Source: Octopus bimaculoides | Taxonomy: Eukaryota | Reading direction: 5' to 3' | Length of the DNA: 57,556 nucleotides | Assembly: GCF_001194135.2 (NCBI RefSeq) | Contig: NC_068984.1 | Location: 140,168,952-140,226,507 of the forward strand | In this document: piece by piece, positions 50,628 to 57,556 of the stretch | How the letters are laid out: each line of letters opens with the position of its first letter | Position numbering within the stretch: position 1 is the stretch's first letter | Notes under the pieces: generated by a model | Database searches by the model: none | What the model was told of the DNA's origin: nothing | What the model saw: the letters and a program-made list of their open reading frames with translations, nothing else | Made by a program: the position numbers and the translations under genes

Positions 50628-51691
50628 GCGCTATAAATACTATATTTAAAAAACAAAATAGTTTTGTTAAAATCATTTTTTCCTATGTACTTTCACACGT
50701 TAGCTTGTAAACATTAAATAAAATTCTTTGGAATTTAATCTATAAATTGAAGAAACCACTTCCAAATTTTTCTTTCACGTTGTTAATTCGAAAGTGTTAT
50801 CGAAACTTGCTCTAGACTAAAAACAAAAAAATATCTCCAAACAAGGAATATGTTTACATATTAGATGCTTCTCCACTTGATACTTTATGTTTATCAAACA
50901 CTGCTTAATTATTCCGTGTAAAACAGAAAATATTCTGAAGCTGATATCTCTGTACATTTCCTTAATTAAATTATGAAGTAATGAATTATTTCAAGTTATT
51001 TAAAAACATTTATTGATCACTTCTTGCCGAGACGAAAAGGTGTCCGTCTAGCGAAGATGACTGCGCTTTATAGACAGTACAGCATTGTTTTCCCAATGGC
51101 GTATCTTGTCATCACTGTTGCTTTGTATCTTTTTTTCCTCTTTGTGTTTTTAATAATAATTAGTCGGAGTGGTGAAGTAATGCTGTCACTCCCAAACTGT
51201 TGAGATTGATGTGTTTGATATTCAACTTGAGCTAATGCAGGTCAGCGCCTGCTTTCTAAAACTATGGGGTCGGCATTTAATCAATACAGCTCGACCTGCC
51301 TGTACATAACATTTGCATTGACTGACGCGACAATTCGAAATAAGTTTTCCAGAATCTGGAACAATCTGAAGGCAGCGACATGTGTGAATAAATTGAGATC
51401 TTAACACAACGTACAGAGAACACTTTGGGGATTTGGCTGGCATATCTAGTTAGCTTTCTTCTGAATTGAACGCTTCAAATATTTGCATGGGACTAACAGA
51501 TACAAAGAAACTACGTAAGCCGGTTTGGATGTAGGTGTGAGGGCGGTTGGAGCACATCAGTCTTTTATTTGAGTTTGATTAAACAAATTACTGGAACGTC
51601 TGTTAACTAATTAAATATTCAGTGTAATTTGTATATGGCTTTTTGAAGAAACAGAGAGGTATAATGAATTGTTTGGTAGATTTACTAGACT

Positions 51692-52078
51692 GCTGTTGTT
51701 GGCACTCCGTCGGTCACGACGTCGAGGATTCCAGTTGATCAGATCAACGGAACAGCCTGCTCGTGAAATCAACGTGCAAGTGGCTGAGCACTCCACAGAC
51801 ACGTGTACCCTTAACGTAGTTCTCGGGGATATTCAGCATGACACAGTGTGACAAGGCTGGCCCTTTGAATTACAGGCACAACAGAAACAGGGAGTAAGAG
51901 TGAGAGAAAGTTGTGGTGAAAGAGTACAGCAGGGTTCGCCACCATCCCCTGCCGGAGCCTCGTGGAGCTTTAAGTGTTTTCGCTCAGTAAACACTCACAA
52001 CGCCCGTTCTGGGAATCGAAACCGCGATCCTATGACCGCGAGTTCGCTGCCCTAACCACTGGGCCATTGCGCCTCCAC
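51692..52078 (-). mobile_element. SINE family C, near-consensus, 10-bp TSD
   Basis: TTACTAGACT at 51682-91 and 52079-88; head GTGGAGGCGCAATGGCCCAGTGG..GTTTCGATTCCC. Confidence 0.9.
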
Positions 52079-52914
52079 TTACTAGACTAGAAGAGAGCTT
52101 TTATCCTATCAAGTTTCATAGACTGGACAACTTAAAATATATTCTCATTAAATGTCCAGTGAACTGGCAGAAGCTTTAACACTTCGGACAAAATGCTACA
52201 CGGTATTTTGTCCGAGGTGCTTGTCTCCACTTTGAAAACATAAGGACATAGAAAATGTGTCAAGTCTAACAGGAAACGGTGTTTCCTAGGGCTAAATGAC
52301 AGTAGCATTCTTCCCTTTTATGGGACTGTCACATTAAGTTGACAACATGCTATCACTTTCGGGTCGATCTGTTCAGCTAAACCCTTTAAGGTTTGCTTTA
52401 AAACAATCCAAGAGATGTTTGTAAGATGCCTTTAGGTAAAAAGGGACACCGTGCTTTAAAAGGTTAAAAACCACACGTTTAGAGGCTAATGTATTTTCAT
52501 TTTCGATGAAGGATTATACAGGAAAATATTAATCTCCATTGTTTTTGACAGTAGAACAAGGCAAACCTTTTCAGGCTGTATTTTATGTCCATCGAAATCT
52601 TCTAACATATGACATCTACTTAACGAAAGAACATTGTTTCATAAACAGATTTCTTTTGTGTGTCAACAATTGAAACAACAACAAAAGAGCTCTGATTGAA
52701 CATATATATATTCTGAAATTGATGTTAAGAGCAGTTATTAAACTGATCACAATGTCTGTAAGCTGATTCTATAAAACCTGAACAGCTTCTTTGCTACTTC
52801 TTTCGAGTTTCTTTGGATATTCTAAGGATTAAATGTTCTTTTCTTTTTACCATCAATATTAGGTGTTGTTTATTTCATACTGACAGGAAGCAAGCCATTT
52901 GGATGTAATTGTTT

Positions 52915-53060
52915 GTTTTATTATTTAATGAAATCTGTCAACTTACTTTACTGGAAGTGTCAGCTGTCCACAGCCGGCAGACTAAGGTGATACTTGTTTA
53001 CTAGTCATGCTTCAAGATCCCTGAGAAGAATACTTGCAGTTCCAAGCGATGCTGTTTTTT
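52915..53060 (-). mobile_element. Very short 3' fragment of a REL retrotransposon
   Basis: KTASLGTASILLRDLEA* (stop 53005-07) plus a ~90-bp 3'UTR ending in AATAAT. Confidence 0.6.
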
Positions 53061-53440
53061 TATTATTATTTGTAGGTGTTCTAGCTTCTGTATTATTAAT
53101 TTTCTCTTTATCACTGTTTTGTTGGAGTCCCTGGGGTCTTGCATGCGTAGCGGGCTTCCTACCTGCAGCCTACAGTACCATGCTATCCGTTACTTTCAAC
53201 TACCTAACACTTTCCTGATTATTCTGGCCGTGCCAAAGAGGCAAACCTTTTGTAACAGCTCTACTGGACACTCTATTCCAGTTCCCTTTATATTCACTTT
53301 GATGCCTTCGATACTGTTCCCAAGGACCCAACAATAATTGACACTAACTTCACCTTCTTCATTTTCCATAGCCGGATTATTTCGTACTTAAGAGGGTCGT
53401 ATCTATCTATTTTTTCGCCTTCCTTTTTGACTATTTGGTT
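53061..53440 (-). mobile_element. 5'-truncated R4/Dong-like REL retrotransposon (distinct subfamily)
   Basis: IVKKEGEKIDRYDPLKYEIIRLWKMKKVKLVSIIVGSLGTVSK, frameshift, GIECPVELLQKVCLFGTARIIRKVLGS* (stop 53196-98); (AAT)3 tail at 53061-70. Confidence 0.8.
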
Positions 53441-53567
53441 CCCAAACTTTTTCTAGGCCACATTCCTAGCGCCCTCCTAACCCTCCCCACCACAAATATA
53501 GACCACTTTCTGCAGCAAATTCTAAATAAATGTATTTCACAAATAAAACCTAAGCCTAATTAACCTA

Positions 53568-53599
<32 letters not shown>

Positions 53600-53994
53600 N
53601 NNNNNNNNNNNNNNNNNNNNNNNNNNNNNNNNNNNNNNNNNNNNNNNNNNNNNNNNNNNNNNNNNNNNNNNNNNNNNNNNNNNNNNNNNNNNNNNNNNNN
53701 NNNNNNNNNNNNNNNNNNNNNNNNNNNNNNNNNNNNNNNNNNNNNNNNNNNNNAAAATAATTTTTGAACATGCGCTGTTGGGGCGCGTCTAATACGTTCG
53801 CGTGTCTTTTATTGCCATCAAATACAGTAAATTATTATTAAAAAGTTGTTTTTTTTCGTTATATCCCACAGTTAGTTTTGGATAGGATGCAGTGGTTTCT
53901 TTTCCATTTATGCAAACTGTCAAATTTAGTCCGAACGCCCTGTACATTATCGTTATAAATAGTTATCTTTTACACACACACATATATACATATA

Positions 53995-54152
53995 CACGAC
54001 GGGCTTCTCTCAGTTTCCGTCTACCAAATCCACTCACAAGGTTTTGGTCGACCCGAGACTTATAATAGAAGACACTTACTCAAGTTGCCACGCAGTGGGA
54101 CTGAACCCGGAACCATGTGGTTGAGAAGCAGGCTTCTTACCACTCAACCACG
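53995..54152 (-). mobile_element. SINE family B, 5' half
   Basis: Head homology. Confidence 0.8.
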
Positions 54153-54204
54153 CACTAATTTATACATTATAGTAGTACGTTGTCTCACAGAGTTACGCAT
54201 TATC

Positions 54205-54330
54205 CTTTTTATTATAGACACAAGGCCTGAAATTTGTGGGGAGGGGGTGAGTCGATTACATCTACCCCAGTGCGTAACTGGTACTTATTTAATCGATCCC
54301 GAAAGGATGAAAGACAAAGTCGACCTCGCA
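54205..54330 (-). mobile_element. SINE family A, 3' part
   Basis: Reverse-complement homology. Confidence 0.7.
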
Positions 54331-54661
54331 TTATCGTTATAAACTGTGATACATTATCATACAGAGTTATACTGAGTTATACATTGTTATATTTTAATGT
54401 TACGCATAATCCTACATTATTTCAACTGGTGCTTGATAGGTGGGGTCGTTTTATCGACTCAGAAACGATGATGGCCCGTGAAAGTTAGCAGCGGAGGAAT
54501 GTAAACTCAATATAAAAGTACATAATTGCATTATTATATTTAGTTCGGTGCTCTACCGCTTTTATCACACCAAGTAATAATAAATATTTGAAGGAAAGCC
54601 AAGAAAGAGATGCAATACTTCTTCGTTTTTATTCCATCTTCCCAACATGCATACACACACA

Positions 54662-54700
<39 letters not shown>

Positions 54701-54817
54701 AATGAAAGACGGAAGATGGAATATACGAGAATTTATTATTAATCATGACAATTGTTTTGACACATCTAACATCGATCCCTCAAGGGTGAGACATTCACCA
54801 ACTGGTTCAGGAGTAGT

Positions 54818-54861
<44 letters not shown>

Positions 54862-55134
54862 NNNNNNNNNNNNNNNNNNNNNNNNNNNNNNNNNNNNNNN
54901 NNNNNNNNNNNNNNNNNNNNNNNNNNNNNNNNNNNNNNNNNNNNNNNNNNNNNNNNNNNNNNNNNNNNNNNNNNNNNNNNNNNNNNNNNNNNNNNNNNNN
55001 NNNNNNNNNNNNNNNNNNNNNNNNNNNNNNNNNNNNNNNNNNNNNNNNNNNNNNNNNNNNNNNNNNNNNNNNNNNNNNNNNNNNNNNNNNNNNNNNNNNN
55101 NNNNNNNNNNNNNNNNNNNNNNNNNNNNNNNNNN

Positions 55135-55169
<35 letters not shown>

Positions 55170-55396
55170 CACATGGATGCAACCATATTTCCATACGCAC
55201 ACACACAGAGGCACATACCTGCCATGTTTTATGATTTATCGTATTTACAAATCATTACACGGCAGCTAAGTTTACTCAGCGCTCGAGAAACACATGTGAC
55301 CCGCATCCTGTCATAGCAATTAATTAAAAACGATAAATCAACAACTTTGGCTTCTCATCTGGTTTGCTGGGGAACTTTGTCTACTTTCATATTGTA

Positions 55397-56040
55397 TTAT
55401 TTTATATGCAATCGAATGGTGACGAGATGGCAGAATCGTTAGCGCAATTGACGAAACGCTTTGCGGCATTTCGCTCGTTGTGATGTTTCTGAGTTCAAAT
55501 TCCGCCAAGATCGAATTAACTTTTATCCTTTCGGGGTCGACAAATTAAGTACTTGTTGCGTACTGAGGTCGATCTAATCGAGAATAAAACATTATTTTAT
55601 ACAAAATCTATTGGCGGTGAGCTGGCAGAATCGGTAGTGTGTTGGACGGAATGACTTGCGGCATTTCGCTTATCGCTATGTTCTGAGTTCAAATTCCGCC
55701 GAGATAGACTTTACCTTTTATCCTTTCGGGGTCGATAAATTAAGTATCATTCGCGTACTGGGATCTATCTAATTTCGTGCCTACAGTACTAAACTTTATT
55801 TTAGACAAAATCTATTGGCGGCGAGCTTGCAGAATCGTTAACGCGCTGGGCGAAATGCCGCCTATCAACACGTTTTGAGTTCAAATTGCGCCGAGGTCGA
55901 CGTTACCTTTTATCCTTTCGGGGTCGGTAAATTAAGTGCCAGTTGAGTACTGGGGTCGATATAATCGACTATTCTTCTCCCCCAAATTTCAGGCAGGCCT
56001 TGTGCCTAGAATAGAAAGAATTATTTTATACAAAATCTGT
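55397..56040 (+). repeat. Three tandem SINE family A units (~200-bp period)
   Basis: Units start at ~55420, ~55613 and ~55815, separated by TTATTTTATACAAAATCT-like linkers. Confidence 0.85.
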
Positions 56041-56059
56041 TCGATCCACTTTGATATAC

Positions 56060-56235
56060 CCTGCGGCCATGCTGGAGCACTGCCTTTAGTCGAACAAATC
56101 GACTCTAAGACTTATTCTTTGTAAACCTCGTACTTATTCTATCGGTTTCTTTTTCCCGAGTCACTAAGTTGCGGGGATGCAAACACACCAGCATCGGTTG
56201 TCAATCGATGGTGGGGGGACAAATACACACACACG

Positions 56236-56296
<61 letters not shown>

Positions 56297-56447
56297 GACG
56301 GGTTTCTTTCAGTTTCCGTCTACCAAATCCACTCACAAGGCTTTGGTCGGTCCGAGGCTATAGTAGAAGAAACTTTCTCAAGGTGCCACGCAGTGAGACT
56401 GAACCCGGAACCATATGGTTGGGAAGCAAGTTTCTCACCACACAGTC
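56060..56447 (-). mobile_element. SINE family B, full length, with internal (CA)(TA) microsatellite
   Basis: Head and tail homology. Confidence 0.85.
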
Positions 56448-56769
56448 ACTCTTTTTTCAGTATCTATAAACCAACGCACGCAAGCTTAATTTCAACACAT
56501 AATCTTGTTTCAGCACATAATGTCAGATTAAAAACACACACAAACATTAAACATGGGATAGGCTTCATGCAGATACATTTTTTTAGATGGTATAACTTGT
56601 TTTGATAACTGACGCTGTTTGGAATTATCCAGATAACTAACCGCGTTAAATACGATATAATTCAAAAGTTTTTTGGGGGGACGGGGAAACAATTCTACGC
56701 AGGTTTCGGCCTTATTCTGCCCTTGTTAGTGAAGCACGGTTTTCACTGTAGTTATTGAAGTAAACGGCA

Positions 56770-56912
56770 ATTTTAGGGGAAGAGAGTTTGTCGATTACAT
56801 CGATCCTGGTGTTCAATCGTTACTTATTTTATCGACCTTAGAACGTAAAGAACTGGAAAAAAATAATACGAAGTATGTTTTCCGACATGCTAACGATTCT
56901 GTCAGCTCACCA
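56770..56912 (-). mobile_element. SINE family A, diverged
   Basis: Reverse-complement homology. Confidence 0.6.
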
Positions 56913-56916
56913 CTTT

Positions 56917-57047
56917 AATGATGATGATGATGAGGAGGAGGAGGAGGAGGAGGAGAAGAAGAAGAAGAAGAAGAAGAAGAAGAAGAAGAAGAAGAAGAAG
57001 AAGAAGAAGAAGAAGAAGATGATGATGATGATGATGATGATGATGAT
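56917..57047 (+). repeat. Compound trinucleotide array (GAT)(GAG)(AAG)(GAT)
   Basis: Direct observation. Confidence 0.95.
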
Positions 57048-57339
57048 CTGGAAATAAAGGTAACTCGAATATGGAGCCTAAAAACAGAAACAATTCCTAT
57101 CATGGAAGGCGCATCAGGCATGATAAAAAAAACTTTCAGACAAATACATAACAAAAACACCAGGATTTACAAGTATACATAGCATACAGAAAATAACACC
57201 ACTAGGCACCACACACATCCTACGTAAAACATTTTCAATACAGCAAAAATAAGAGCATCACAACAAACCACAACACATGGCCAAGGTGCACAGAGCTGCG
57301 CTCGGTAGTGAAGTGAAAGCACGTGATGAAAACAGGCTA

Positions 57340-57342
<3 letters not shown>
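57045..57342 (+). mobile_element. 5'-truncated R4/Dong-like REL retrotransposon (another subfamily)
   Basis: DLEIKVTRIWSLKTETIPIMEGASGMIKK..KYITKTPG..IQKITPLGTTHILRKTFSIQQK* (stop 57250-52), then 3'UTR and (AAT)n at 57343-57429. Confidence 0.8.
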
Positions 57343-57429
<87 letters not shown>

Positions 57430-57556
57430 CTGCCTGGCACTCACACCTTTAACAGAATTGCTAAATAGAACTGGATGCGGTTACAAATGCTATGGAAAAA
57501 CAGTCAGCCACCTTCTATATATGGATGACCTAAAATTATATGCAAAAAACGACAAA
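57430..57556 (+). mobile_element. 5'-truncated non-LTR retrotransposon starting within the RT domain; continues beyond the window
   Basis: CLALTPLTELLNRTGCGYKCYGKTVSHLLYMDDLKLYAKNDK; YMDD at 57518-57529; context typical of R4/Dong RT. Confidence 0.85.

Noticed and set aside
51057-51203. 48-aa hydrophobic small ORF
   Set aside because: The hydrophobicity is explained by T-rich low-complexity DNA.
55397-56040. Repeat-spacer appearance suggesting a CRISPR array
   Set aside because: The intervening segments are homologous SINE copies, the DNA is eukaryotic and there are no cas genes.

Overview
Eukaryotic, AT-rich, repeat-dominated DNA from a draft short-read assembly with about 21 N-gaps, nearly all flanked by microsatellites. 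The SINE families and the microsatellite load resemble octopus/cephalopod DNA; this is inference, no search was run. No intact protein-coding gene can be supported: most tracked ORFs are microsatellite or N-gap artefacts, and only weak orphan exon candidates exist. Supportable content: (1) about 40 copies of four tRNA-derived SINE families, several with intact target-site duplications; (2) decayed DNA transposons (maT/DD37D-like, mariner, Tc1-like, hAT, a TTAGGG-bearing MITE), including two long palindromic mariner derivatives; (3) RTE fragments; (4) R4/Dong-like restriction-like-endonuclease (REL) retrotransposons stacked head-to-tail at (AAT)n in three places; (5) an intron-retaining tRNA-Leu(CAA) pseudogene; (6) several minimal type I hammerhead ribozyme motifs of the Penelope-associated kind. 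The most striking object is a ~370-bp fold-back element at 23531-23899 with one hammerhead motif on each strand. Coordinates of decayed repeats are approximate to about 10-20 bp.
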